DNA from: a virus
Lineage: Duplodnaviria; Caudoviricetes
Direction: 5' to 3' (one strand)
Length of the DNA: 64,000 nucleotides
Virus record (IMG/VR): IMGVR_UViG_3300020469_000008
Span: 96,001-160,000 of that record
Part shown: positions 8,813-18,637 of the stretch, piece after piece
How the letters are laid out: the number at the start of each line of letters is the position of its first letter
How positions within the stretch are numbered: position 1 is the stretch's first letter
Notes under the pieces: model-generated
What the model was told of the DNA's origin: nothing
What the model saw: the letters and a program-made list of their open reading frames with translations, nothing else
The model's database searches: none
Translations under genes and position numbers: made by a program

Positions 8813-9796
8813 ATGCCACAAAATCTAGATTTAAAACCTGTCGACTTACCAATGGAGTTGAAGTTTGGTCAAGAACCACACACAATTTTCCATAACAATC
8901 TTGAACATCTTAAGGTAGAACTTATCGATGCTCCTACACGCTCACAAGCATTAAATGTTGCTTGGCAATATGTAAAAGCAACTTGGGCTGATCATCATGA
9001 TGAGACAAATCCAAGCACAACTAGTCTTAAAGAATTGTCTGCAAATCTCGAGGATGTGCTCTGTTTCCGCGCGCTACCAACACCAATGGAATGCCTAGGG
9101 TTTACTTTTAAGTTGTCTGGCTTGTCATTTCAAGAGGTTACACACATTATTCGACATCGAGCGGGTTCTTTCGCAGCTCAATGTACTGGTGATCGCGATT
9201 TACGTGACGATCCTGCAGTTATTCCTGAAGCAGTACAAAACTCTCCTGAGTTTCTGGAAAGATATAAAAGAATTGTGCGTGATTCAAAGCAACTTTACGC
9301 AGACATGACAGATTCAAAAGATGTATCAATGATGGATGCAAGAATGATTCTTCCAAAGGCAATGACATCATTTTATCTGATGCGTCTTAATCTCAAAGAT
9401 TTGTTAGGTTTTATTGCACAACGTCAAGATATGCAAATCCAACCTGCAGCAGATAATTTACTTGCCGTTTACATGGCACGTGAAGTTTTAAAAGTTTTAC
9501 CTGAGGCATCAGCAAGGATTGATTTCAACAAACCAGATATGCACTACATTAAAACGTTCCGTGTACCTGATGGTAAAGGTGGAGAAACATCGCGAGGCAC
9601 AAATCTGTACTGGCCTGAACCTAAGAATGATAAATTTGATTATCATCCTAACGATACAATTTATCAGTCACGCCGAGAGGATATTAACGGTACACATAAT
9701 CCAGGTACAGAAACAGTTTTCACACAATTGTGGAATGAAACATTAACAGAAATCGATGCAATTAAAGCGTCATACAATCAATTTATGGGGAAATAA
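8813..9796 (+). CDS. thyX: ThyX-like flavin-dependent thymidylate synthase homologue (atypical motif)
   Basis: FTF..G.S....H..RHR..SF motif, DARMILP; Cys where canonical ThyX has the active-site Ser. Confidence 0.75.
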   Translation: MPQNLDLKPVDLPMELKFGQEPHTIFHNNLEHLKVELIDAPTRSQALNVAWQYVKATWADHHDETNPSTTSLKELSANLEDVLCFRALPTPMECLGFTFKLSGLSFQEVTHIIRHRAGSFAAQCTGDRDLRDDPAVIPEAVQNSPEFLERYKRIVRDSKQLYADMTDSKDVSMMDARMILPKAMTSFYLMRLNLKDLLGFIAQRQDMQIQPAADNLLAVYMAREVLKVLPEASARIDFNKPDMHYIKTFRVPDGKGGETSRGTNLYWPEPKNDKFDYHPNDTIYQSRREDINGTHNPGTETVFTQLWNETLTEIDAIKASYNQFMGK

Positions 9797-9797
9797 T

Positions 9798-10247
9798 ATG
9801 AGTTTAGGGAAGGTATACTTAGCAAGTGGGTGGTTCTCGCCGGAATGGTTGCAAGAAGTAGAAAACATTAAGTCTGTGTTTGAAAAGCATGGTGTTAATT
9901 ACTTCTCACCAAAAGATGAAAATCTTTGTGATAACGATGCAGCTGAATCGATGCAAGACCAGATTTTTGAAGGTAATATAAAACATTTACACGAAAGTGA
10001 TTGGTTACTTTGCAATACAAGAAACAAGGATATGGGAACGATTTTTGAGGCGGGTTACTTCAATTGTCTTGAAAAGCCTATCGTGTATTTCTGTGATGGT
10101 TTGCCTGCAGGTGCGCAATTTAATCTCATGCTAGCTGCAAGTGGTATTAAGGTTTGTCGATCATTAAATGAGTTTGACGACTATCTTGGTCGTTGTGTTG
10201 GTGGTGATGAATTAATTGTTGAAAGATATCAAGGTGAAATCGAGTAA
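9798..10247 (+). CDS. Nucleoside 2-deoxyribosyltransferase / nucleotide N-hydrolase family
   Basis: VYLASGWF, FSPK, DMGTIFEAGY motifs; start trimmed to MSLGK. Confidence 0.85.
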   Translation: MSLGKVYLASGWFSPEWLQEVENIKSVFEKHGVNYFSPKDENLCDNDAAESMQDQIFEGNIKHLHESDWLLCNTRNKDMGTIFEAGYFNCLEKPIVYFCDGLPAGAQFNLMLAASGIKVCRSLNEFDDYLGRCVGGDELIVERYQGEIE

Positions 10248-10275
10248 TCGATAATTAAGCGAGATATTTTCAACG

Positions 10276-10306
10276 GGTCAGGATAATTAGTTCTGACCTT
10301 TTTTTT
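10276..10306 (+). terminator. Rho-independent terminator with the ATAATTA motif spanning its loop
   Basis: GGTCAGGA/TTCTGACC stem, loop TAATTAG, T8 tail. Confidence 0.75.
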
Positions 10307-10315
10307 GGAGAATTT

Positions 10316-11707
10316 ATGAAAATTACACGACGACAATTGAGACGACTATTAAGTGAAAGACTGTTAGTAGAAGCATCTGCTGAAGAATTAGCAAATATGA
10401 AGGGCACATATTCTATAAACCCACAGTCTGCGCAGTCACTAGGATTCGCCGGGGCTCAATCAGGCGCCGGACAAATAAAGGTCGGTCCTCGAGGCAACGT
10501 GAACGTTGGAACTAAGGATGGAAATTTTATCCGTGAAATCAAACCATCAGAAGTCACTCCGGAGCAACTAAATTACATAACACTCGGGTATGATAGAAAA
10601 CAAGCAGCAAATAATACCGTCATGGGGGAAATGAGCACTTATTTCAGAAAAAATGCAGGGTACTACAAGGTCAACAATCAATCCGGTGTACCTGCAGGAG
10701 CCACACACATTAGAATTTATGGTGATGCTAAATACCGATATATCAATTTCAATGAAAAACCAGAAAAATATGTAGGTGCCAAAGAACCAATTGCACCCTC
10801 TGTATTCCTCGGTTGGAAAAGCTTCATCGATGGTTTGACGAAAGACAGCAACCCGAGCAGTGCTGATACTTCCACTGAAGGTGAAACAGACACCAGCGCT
10901 GAAAGAGACGGTGAACAGCAACAACAACAGCAGCAACAACAGCAACCAAAACCAGAAAAGAAGAATAAACCAAAAAAATCAGCTGATAAAGATAAGAAAG
11001 TTGCTTTCATAAGAAAAGTTATTGGTGATGACGCTCCTGGCAAGTGGAACAAAGAATCAGATAAAAAGTGGAAAACTTGGGTCGAAGGGCCATACTACGC
11101 AGCAGGCGTACGCACATTTCAAAACTTTTATGCGATGGTGCAATTAGGTAAAAACAACAAAACTAATGCAACAGAAGAGGATTTTGATGCAGCTCACAAA
11201 GAAAACAACGCTGTCAGTTTAGCTAAATTAGCGGGATTCAAACCAACAATTTCAGGTGTCTACAACATGTGCAAAGAAATTGATGAAATGTCGAAAGAAG
11301 ATCTTCAAGCTACAGCAATGGCAATAACTGCTACTACTGAAGGAGAAACAAACACCGCGGCGAGCAAAGCAGTGGACAAAGATGAAGTAATAACTCAATC
11401 ATTTACCGACGATATTAAGGCTGAGATGTTTGGGGATGAAATTGCCAAAATTCAAGATCCAAGAGAAAAGTCTCGAGCAGTCAAAAACGTAGTAAACGCG
11501 TACAACAAGAAGAAAGAAGAATTAAAGAAAAAAGGCGACGAGAGGGAAATTCAAAATTTGGATAGAGGATTTAAGCTTTTTAAGAAAAGGTCTAAAGCTT
11601 CGAAAGAATTTGAAGCTGCATCTGAAAAGGTTGATGAAATAAAAGACCTGCAAGAATCGTTAAGCAGGGGCGCACTATATAGAAAGCATTACTACGGAAG
11701 ATACTAG
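10316..11707 (+). CDS. MKIT-leader family protein with poly-Gln tract
   Basis: MKITRRQLRRLLSE leader; Q10; C-terminal SRGALYRKHYYGRY. Confidence 0.85.
   Translation: MKITRRQLRRLLSERLLVEASAEELANMKGTYSINPQSAQSLGFAGAQSGAGQIKVGPRGNVNVGTKDGNFIREIKPSEVTPEQLNYITLGYDRKQAANNTVMGEMSTYFRKNAGYYKVNNQSGVPAGATHIRIYGDAKYRYINFNEKPEKYVGAKEPIAPSVFLGWKSFIDGLTKDSNPSSADTSTEGETDTSAERDGEQQQQQQQQQQPKPEKKNKPKKSADKDKKVAFIRKVIGDDAPGKWNKESDKKWKTWVEGPYYAAGVRTFQNFYAMVQLGKNNKTNATEEDFDAAHKENNAVSLAKLAGFKPTISGVYNMCKEIDEMSKEDLQATAMAITATTEGETNTAASKAVDKDEVITQSFTDDIKAEMFGDEIAKIQDPREKSRAVKNVVNAYNKKKEELKKKGDEREIQNLDRGFKLFKKRSKASKEFEAASEKVDEIKDLQESLSRGALYRKHYYGRY
10916..10945 (+). repeat. CAG/CAA poly-glutamine microsatellite (10 codons)
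   Basis: cagcaacaacaacagcagcaacaacagcaa. Confidence 0.9.
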
Positions 11708-12774
11708 ATCAATATTTTCTTCTTAAGTTTTTCAGATACAAGGTGTCTAAGAGTGAGCTCGTCAATACGAAACAACCTTCGTTCTTCTAGACCTCTTTGC
11801 TTTTTATCGTCTAGTTTAACTTCACGTCCAGTATCAGTAATTTTCTTTTCTTTAAATTCCATCTTCTTATCTGAAGTAATATCTTTAAGTTTCACACTGA
11901 GATCATCGTTGATTTCTTTACCTGAGATCGGCATAATAGCAGAAAGCTTTTTACCTTTTACCAGTTCAAACATAGCTGTTATTGTTTGACGTCCAACTTT
12001 GTAATCTTTTTGCAATCCATTTGCCTTCTGAAACTTACCAACAGCTTCTTTTGTTTTTGGGCCATAATCGCCATCGATATCATCGTCGGAATCTAAGTGT
12101 TTAAGTTGTACTAACGCTTTTTGTATTGCAGCTGTCATCATTTTATTTTCATTGTCTGATTTATTCATTGAAGTACTTAGAATTTTGTCACCTGACAATA
12201 CATCTTTAAAAAGTTCTTTTGCGCTAATCTCAAAGTCTCTGATTCCTTCTACACCGATAATTGTAATCATCCATTTAATTACATTGAATGTACCTTTTTC
12301 TGTTTCTTGCTTTACAACCTTAGGTTCTTTACCGCCAGGCTGTCGTTGTAACTTTGTACCATCAGCATCCGCGGCTGCTTTAAGTTTATCCTTACCTATT
12401 TTCTCTTCCGTATCTTTAACTTTTTGTGCACGATCGATACCTACGGAAACCTTAGCTTTTGATATGAATTGTTTTAGCTTTGACTTTATAACCTTTCTTT
12501 TGTCTTTATCAATTGCCATACCGAAGTAACTTAGAATTTTGTTATAAAAATCGATGTCTCCACTACTTAAGTTTCTATGCTTAGAACTTTTATTAAGTGC
12601 CGATTGTAATCCATCAAATAAGGACTTTGCTTTTTTGTTGAAATTTTGTTTTGATTCAGTTTGTGCTAGCGCAACTAGTCTTAGTATGATTGCATTTTTT
12701 ACGTCAAATTGTGCGTTTTTCATGCCAGGTTGCATGAAGGTTTTAATTGCTTGTCTGTCACCTCTTTTAAGCAT
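11704..12774 (-). CDS. Peptidoglycan-binding domain protein
   Basis: IQKALVQL..IDGDYGPKTKEAVGKFQKANGL..DYKVGRQT matches PG_binding_1. Confidence 0.8.
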   Translation of the reverse strand: MLKRGDRQAIKTFMQPGMKNAQFDVKNAIILRLVALAQTESKQNFNKKAKSLFDGLQSALNKSSKHRNLSSGDIDFYNKILSYFGMAIDKDKRKVIKSKLKQFISKAKVSVGIDRAQKVKDTEEKIGKDKLKAAADADGTKLQRQPGGKEPKVVKQETEKGTFNVIKWMITIIGVEGIRDFEISAKELFKDVLSGDKILSTSMNKSDNENKMMTAAIQKALVQLKHLDSDDDIDGDYGPKTKEAVGKFQKANGLQKDYKVGRQTITAMFELVKGKKLSAIMPISGKEINDDLSVKLKDITSDKKMEFKEKKITDTGREVKLDDKKQRGLEERRLFRIDELTLRHLVSEKLKKKILI

Positions 12775-12840
12775 GATTTCTCCTTAATGAAATTTGTCTA
12801 ATTATAACTATTTGGCAAGACTTAATAAATAAATGTTTTA

Positions 12841-12869
12841 TTGAAATTATGAAAGATAGTGTGTAATAT
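12841..12869 (+). promoter_or_regulatory. Sigma70-like early promoter
   Basis: TTGAAA-17 bp-TAATAT, then AAGGAGG RBS. Confidence 0.6.
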
Positions 12870-12886
12870 AACAAAAGGAGGATTTT

Positions 12887-13879
12887 ATGTCAAAAATTTT
12901 TATAACAGGTGAACGTGGTTTTATTGGTACAAATTTAGCAAAGCGCGCGGATCGTCATGGGTTTGAATTTATCTCGGGTGTTCATGAACTAAACGAAGAC
13001 GCAGCATTTGTGTCACAATTTACAACAGAAAAAGGTGAACCTTGTGTTCATCGCAATTCAGAAGAAGCGTGGCAAGCTTTTTTTGAAGTTAATGAAATTG
13101 ATTATGTCATACACAATGCAGCAGTCGTGGGTACTGATGTTGTTGCTTTAAATGCCAAAGAATCAACACTTACCAATGTGCAAGGCACATTCAATATTTG
13201 TCGTGCTGCAAAAAAATGTGGTATTCCTGTTTGTTATATGGGCACGACAGTAATTTACGATACACCAAAATATCAAGAAACTGCTATCGAAGAAGACTCA
13301 GATCGAGGTCCTCATACTTTCTACGGATGTCAGAAGCTTGCCGCTGAAGAAGTTGTTAAATCACATAGCACCAAGTGGATGATCATTCGCCCACTCTTTG
13401 CGTATGGTGGTGATGGTGATATGAACTCTTTGATTGCAAAAACGATATACGCAAAACTCAACGGCATACCTAAGGTCAAAATGTTTCTCGATCCAACAAA
13501 GTTTAAAGACTACTTGCATGTAAATGATTATTGTGATGGTGTTTTTTCTTGTATGAAAGAGGATAATTGCTGGAATAATGACTTTAATATTGCAGCTGAA
13601 ACGCCAATTGTCACAGGTGAAATTATAGAATTAATGGATAAAGTATGCGGACAGAGTTTCTCAGATACAATAGAATGGCTTCCACAGACAGAGTATATGG
13701 GTAATCATATTTTAAGCGGTAGAAAAGCCAGAGAGTTTACTAGCTGGTATCCAAAGATAGATCTAGCAGAAGGTATACGAATGTCATATGAAAGCATTTT
13801 AAAATCAGAAGGCTATAATCCTTTGAGGTACTTAGAAGAAGCAGAAGAAAAAGGTGTTGATCTAACTGAATACTTTTAA
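12887..13879 (+). CDS. NAD-dependent epimerase/dehydratase (extended SDR)
   Basis: ITGERGFIG Rossmann motif, HNAAVVG, YGCQK (YxxxK). Confidence 0.9.
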   Translation: MSKIFITGERGFIGTNLAKRADRHGFEFISGVHELNEDAAFVSQFTTEKGEPCVHRNSEEAWQAFFEVNEIDYVIHNAAVVGTDVVALNAKESTLTNVQGTFNICRAAKKCGIPVCYMGTTVIYDTPKYQETAIEEDSDRGPHTFYGCQKLAAEEVVKSHSTKWMIIRPLFAYGGDGDMNSLIAKTIYAKLNGIPKVKMFLDPTKFKDYLHVNDYCDGVFSCMKEDNCWNNDFNIAAETPIVTGEIIELMDKVCGQSFSDTIEWLPQTEYMGNHILSGRKAREFTSWYPKIDLAEGIRMSYESILKSEGYNPLRYLEEAEEKGVDLTEYF

Positions 13880-14097
13880 TGAAGTTCTATGAGGGTGACT
13901 TAATAGAAACACTTACTTATAAAGGTGAAATTATATACGGAATTGTTTTAGAATCTGTTAACAGATTTAATTACACTGAAGTTCGTATATTGTCAGGATC
14001 AAGAATAATCGCAGTTGTACACGACGGCCGAAAAGGTGGTATTAAACTGATACAAAGGATTGACAATGAAAAAAGAGCTACAAAACAAACTATTTGA
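13879..14097 (+). CDS. Small hypothetical protein (SH3/KOW-like)
   Basis: TAATG coupling; beta-rich GDLI start. Confidence 0.6.
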   Translation: MKFYEGDLIETLTYKGEIIYGIVLESVNRFNYTEVRILSGSRIIAVVHDGRKGGIKLIQRIDNEKRATKQTI

Positions 14098-14467
14098 AAA
14101 ATATCCAAAGATTTTTAAGCAGCGAGAATTAGACAAAGCTGTTACAGCAATGTGTTATGGAATCGCATGTGGTGATGGATGGTATACGTTGATTGACGAG
14201 ATGTGTGGAAATATACAAAATCGTATAGAAAATGTCAATAGAAATAAATCAGAAGAAGAACATCTCGACTGTCAGGCCACCCAAGTAAAAGAGAAATTTG
14301 GTGGGCTTCGTTTTTATGTTCAAGGGAGTGACGATTTTATTGACGGGATTATTGATTTAGCAGAGTCAATGTCATATCGAATCTGTTCAAAATGTGGTAA
14401 TCAATCTTCACCCCAGAAAAAACGTGGGTGGATTTATGCTTTATGTGACAATTGTCAAAATGGTTAA
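14066..14467 (+). CDS. Conserved phage hypothetical protein
   Basis: GDGWY..I, QVKEKFGGLRFY, CxxC motifs. Confidence 0.75.
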   Translation: MKKELQNKLFEKYPKIFKQRELDKAVTAMCYGIACGDGWYTLIDEMCGNIQNRIENVNRNKSEEEHLDCQATQVKEKFGGLRFYVQGSDDFIDGIIDLAESMSYRICSKCGNQSSPQKKRGWIYALCDNCQNG

Positions 14468-14494
14468 TAATTATAAAGTAGATTGGAGTTTATA

Positions 14495-15019
14495 ATGAAA
14501 ATAACACGTAGACAATTAAGGCAATTGGTTGTAGAAGCAGCGATGGTAAGCGATGATCCTTTGATAATGCAAGTTACTAGTATGAACAGTTACTATGATC
14601 TAGTTGAGGTTTGCGAAAGAACAAACAATGTAGGGTTAGTAAACGCTTTATTGAAAGCAGTTAGAGAAAGAAACGTTGGCGGATTAAAACACATCGGTAG
14701 ATTTGGGATCGGTTTTATTCCTGTTGATCGCCCTGGACAACCAGCATCTTACAAGGTAACATATGCAGATACACAAAGAGCAGTAAAGGAAATTGATGAA
14801 AAATCTTACAAGTATTTAAATTATAACTTAAAACTCCAAGATAGCGGCGCATTGGCTCATTTATTTAATCCGTGTGCAAAAGCATTGAAAACAGCAGCTA
14901 AAGAGGCGGGAAGATTAATACAAGATGCTATCGATAATCCAGATCGCTATGCTGCACCTGAAAGAACATTTTTGCAAAAAGCAGGGAGTTTTTTAACAGG
15001 AAAAGGATATAGCGAGTGA
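14495..15019 (+). CDS. MKIT-leader family protein
   Basis: MKITRRQLRQLVVE; ATAATTA at 14467; GGAG RBS. Confidence 0.8.
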   Translation: MKITRRQLRQLVVEAAMVSDDPLIMQVTSMNSYYDLVEVCERTNNVGLVNALLKAVRERNVGGLKHIGRFGIGFIPVDRPGQPASYKVTYADTQRAVKEIDEKSYKYLNYNLKLQDSGALAHLFNPCAKALKTAAKEAGRLIQDAIDNPDRYAAPERTFLQKAGSFLTGKGYSE

Positions 15020-15033
15020 AGTTACTAAGAAAA

Positions 15034-15062
15034 GTGTAATCTTAAACTCCCTGTGTTATAAT
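15034..15062 (+). promoter_or_regulatory. Sigma70-like early promoter of dnaE
   Basis: GTGTAA-17 bp-TATAAT with TGTG extension. Confidence 0.65.
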
Positions 15063-15091
15063 AAAAATAAAAACACAAGGAGTTTACTTAT

Positions 15092-18000
15092 ATGGACATT
15101 AAGCTAATTACACCACCCGATCGTTTTGTAGGTTTTCACGGCCATACAGGGTTTTCTGTCTTTGACGGTTTAGGTTATCCATCTGATCATATCGACTTTG
15201 TACTAAAAAATGGTATGGATGCTTGGGCTTTAACTGATCACGGTAATGGCTCCGGGCTAGCACACGCTTTTAAACATGCACAGAAGGTAAAAAAGCAAGG
15301 CCACAAGTTTCGACAGATCTACGGTTGTGAATTCTACTTTGTACCTTCTCTTAAAGATTGGCGTTCTGATTATGAACAGTCTAAGATAGACCGAGCTAAT
15401 GCCAAACTTAAAGCACTGAAAGAAGAAGAAGAAGGCGGCCATATTATCGAAAACGAAGAAGAAACTAAATCCTTTGATCTAGGTAAAGACGAATGGAAGC
15501 GCCGTTATCATCTGGTAGTTACTGCTCAAAACCGTGAAGGTTTAGGTAACTTGTTTACTCTAATTAAACGTGCCTATACTGACGGATTTTATAGATACCC
15601 TCGCATTGACTTTGATTTACTAAAACAATATGGTAAAGGGTTAACAGTTTCGACAGCTTGTCTTGGTGGTATTTATTCTAATCGTATTATGCGTGGTAAT
15701 GCTTTAAAAATACCTGAAGAACAAATACAGAAAGAGTTGATGTATTTATCTGATCGATTTGTTGATGCTGTTGGTGAAGATAATTTTTATCTAGAGGTCC
15801 AGTTTAATAGACTTAAACAACAACATTTAGTAAATCATCATCTACTTCGACACTCTGATGCAACTGGTTTGCAACTTATTGCGACTCCTGACTCTCATTA
15901 CTATTCTCCAGATAAGTGGGAGGCCCGCGAGCTTTATAAAAAGTTAGGCTGGATGGGTAATGACCCGTCTCCTCTCCCTGAGTTTGAGGATTTAAAGTGT
16001 GAGCTTTATCCTAAAAATGCACAACAAATGTGGGACGAATTTACACGGCACTATGATGAATACAAAGATACTTACCAGGGCTATGAAGAAAAGATTAAAA
16101 GGTCAATTGAAATCACACACGACATTGCGTGGCAAAAGTGTGAAGATTGTTGGATTGATACTAATGTTAAGCTTCCCGATTTCAACAAACCTGGCGAAAC
16201 TGCTTTTCAACAACTTGCAAAAAAAGTCAAAGCAGCCCTCATTAAGGAAGGACTTCATACCAATGCAGAATACGTTGCCCGGGCAAAAGCCGAACTCGAT
16301 GACATTAAATACCTCGGGTTCGAAAACTACTTCTTAGTAATGTATGAAGTGTTTCATAAGGCAGCTGATCATACTCTGTTTGGCGCCGCGCGTGGTTCTG
16401 GTGGTGGTTCTCTTGTAAATTTCTTGTTAGGTATCACACAGGTTGATCCGCTTAAGTACGATTTACTATGGGAACGTTTTCTTGGGCGTCATCGTACATC
16501 CTGGCCCGATATTGATTCTGACGCTGGTGATCGTGATGCACTAATTAATGCAGCTCGCGAGCTATACGGTGATGAAGCTGTTATCCCGGTTTCTAACTTT
16601 AACACACTTAAACTTAAATCACTGGTGAAAGATATCGCTAAGTTCTACGGTGTTGACTTTGGGGAAGTAAATAAAATGACCGGCCCACTCCAAGATGAAG
16701 TAATGTCACAAGCTCGAGACGAAAATACTGAGAAATCTGTATTTGTTCTTAAACACGAGGATTGTATGAAATATTCAAAAGGATATGGTTCTTTTATGGA
16801 AAAATATCCAAAAGTAAAGGATCATATTGAAGCATTGTTCATGCAGAATCGTAGTATAGGTCGACATGCAGGTGGTGTCATTATCGGTCCACCGCAAGCG
16901 CTAGAACAGTCAATGCCTATTATCGGTGTTCGCGGTGAACTACAAACGCCTTGGACAGAAGGTATGAACTTTCGTAATCTTGAAGACAACGGTTTTATTA
17001 AGTTTGACTTTCTTGGTCTGACATTATTAAAAGACGTTGAAAATTGTATTCGTCGTATTATTACACGTGAAACAGGCACTGAACCTACATTCCTTGAAAT
17101 ACGTGACTGGTTTGACAAGCATCTTAACTGTCGTTATGTTAAACAAGACGATGAAGAAGTGTGGAAACACGTGTATCATCAACGTCGCAAGACAGGTGTG
17201 TTTCAATTTACTGCAGAAGGCGCGCGGAGATTCTGTGAAGACGCTAAACCGACGACCATTATTGAACTGGCTGCATTGACTGCAATCTATCGTCCTGGTC
17301 CGCTTCGTGCAAATGTTCACAAGAAGTACGTAAAGGACAAGTTACGCGCTGATGAAATACACTATGCACACCCTATCATTAAGGAAATACTCGGGCCCAC
17401 TTTTGGTCACGTTACTTTCCAAGAACAGTTCATGCTTCTTGCACAAAAATTAGGTGGATTTACTCCGGCTGAATCAGATAAATTGCGTAAGACTCTAGTT
17501 AAGAAATCACTTGATACTATGGGTAAAAAAGGTGATGAACGCGAAGCAGCACGTGTTAAGTTTGTGACGGGTGCAAAAGAAATTAATGGCGTCCCTGAGC
17601 ATATTTCACAAGAGCTGTGGGAACGTATTGAGTTCTTTTCAGTATATGGTTTTAATAAATCACATGCTGTTGCATATGCTATTGGTTCTTACTACGCTGC
17701 TTGGTTGCACACATATTACGAAACTGACTGGTTAGGTACTATTCTCGAATCAGAAAACAATAATCCAAATGCACTATCAAAAGCAATTGCTGAAATTAAA
17801 GAAATGGGATACCGTATTGAGTTACCAGATGTGAATGAATCAGGTACATACTGGCAATGGTCAGAAAACAAAAAGGCATTTATTCCCCCATTGACCTCTA
17901 TCAAGGGTGTGGGTAAAACTGCAGTTGTTGAAATCATGCAAAATCGACCTTATGAGTCTGTCGCTGATATGTTGTTCGATGAAAATGGTAAATGGCGCCA

Positions 18001-18610
18001 TTCTAAGCTTAATAAAACCGGATTCTCTTCACTATGTCAGGTCGAAGCATTTAACGGACTACAAGAAATGTGGGATGGTACAATAGATAATCACAAACAG
18101 TTGTATAACATTATTATTGAAAACTACAATGTATTGAAGAAAAGTAAGTGGGGCATGACAATGCGCAAAGCAAAGAAAGAAAATGCGCCTGAAATACTTC
18201 CTATCCTTATAGAACAAACAAGAGATACTGAAGACTGGGGTCGCATTGATAAATTAACAATGTATCAAGAACTTTGTTCAGCAACACGTGATGATTTAGC
18301 ATTCCCTGATGATATGATGGAAAAGATTAAAAACGCTAATGTTAAGTCTGTGCTTAATATGAAACCGGGCGAAAAAGGAGTTGCTTGGTGTTGTATTGTT
18401 GAAATGATTAAAAAGACAACAAAGAATAAAAAGACATTCTATCGTCTTAAGATTACTGATTACGAAAACAATACAGGTTGGCTTCGAATGTGGGGTAATA
18501 AACCATCATCAATGGTGCCATACTCAATCTGGTTAGTCCAAGCGTCTAATGATCCTAACTGGGGTGCTTCAACAAGCGTAGCAAAAGTAAGACCTTTAGT
18601 AACTGATTAG
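15092..18610 (+). CDS. dnaE: DNA polymerase III alpha subunit (family C)
   Basis: PHP domain (HGHT, TDHG), RGSGGGS, PDIDSD, HAGG, KFDFLGL, YGFNKSHA; no intein seen. Confidence 0.97.
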   Translation: MDIKLITPPDRFVGFHGHTGFSVFDGLGYPSDHIDFVLKNGMDAWALTDHGNGSGLAHAFKHAQKVKKQGHKFRQIYGCEFYFVPSLKDWRSDYEQSKIDRANAKLKALKEEEEGGHIIENEEETKSFDLGKDEWKRRYHLVVTAQNREGLGNLFTLIKRAYTDGFYRYPRIDFDLLKQYGKGLTVSTACLGGIYSNRIMRGNALKIPEEQIQKELMYLSDRFVDAVGEDNFYLEVQFNRLKQQHLVNHHLLRHSDATGLQLIATPDSHYYSPDKWEARELYKKLGWMGNDPSPLPEFEDLKCELYPKNAQQMWDEFTRHYDEYKDTYQGYEEKIKRSIEITHDIAWQKCEDCWIDTNVKLPDFNKPGETAFQQLAKKVKAALIKEGLHTNAEYVARAKAELDDIKYLGFENYFLVMYEVFHKAADHTLFGAARGSGGGSLVNFLLGITQVDPLKYDLLWERFLGRHRTSWPDIDSDAGDRDALINAARELYGDEAVIPVSNFNTLKLKSLVKDIAKFYGVDFGEVNKMTGPLQDEVMSQARDENTEKSVFVLKHEDCMKYSKGYGSFMEKYPKVKDHIEALFMQNRSIGRHAGGVIIGPPQALEQSMPIIGVRGELQTPWTEGMNFRNLEDNGFIKFDFLGLTLLKDVENCIRRIITRETGTEPTFLEIRDWFDKHLNCRYVKQDDEEVWKHVYHQRRKTGVFQFTAEGARRFCEDAKPTTIIELAALTAIYRPGPLRANVHKKYVKDKLRADEIHYAHPIIKEILGPTFGHVTFQEQFMLLAQKLGGFTPAESDKLRKTLVKKSLDTMGKKGDEREAARVKFVTGAKEINGVPEHISQELWERIEFFSVYGFNKSHAVAYAIGSYYAAWLHTYYETDWLGTILESENNNPNALSKAIAEIKEMGYRIELPDVNESGTYWQWSENKKAFIPPLTSIKGVGKTAVVEIMQNRPYESVADMLFDENGKWRHSKLNKTGFSSLCQVEAFNGLQEMWDGTIDNHKQLYNIIIENYNVLKKSKWGMTMRKAKKENAPEILPILIEQTRDTEDWGRIDKLTMYQELCSATRDDLAFPDDMMEKIKNANVKSVLNMKPGEKGVAWCCIVEMIKKTTKNKKTFYRLKITDYENNTGWLRMWGNKPSSMVPYSIWLVQASNDPNWGASTSVAKVRPLVTD

Positions 18611-18637
18611 ATAATTAGTAAAGTATAGGGGTGTTGC

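Noticed and set aside
15092-18610. Intein or intron in dnaE
   Set aside because: Length is normal and no splicing or homing-endonuclease motifs interrupt the domains
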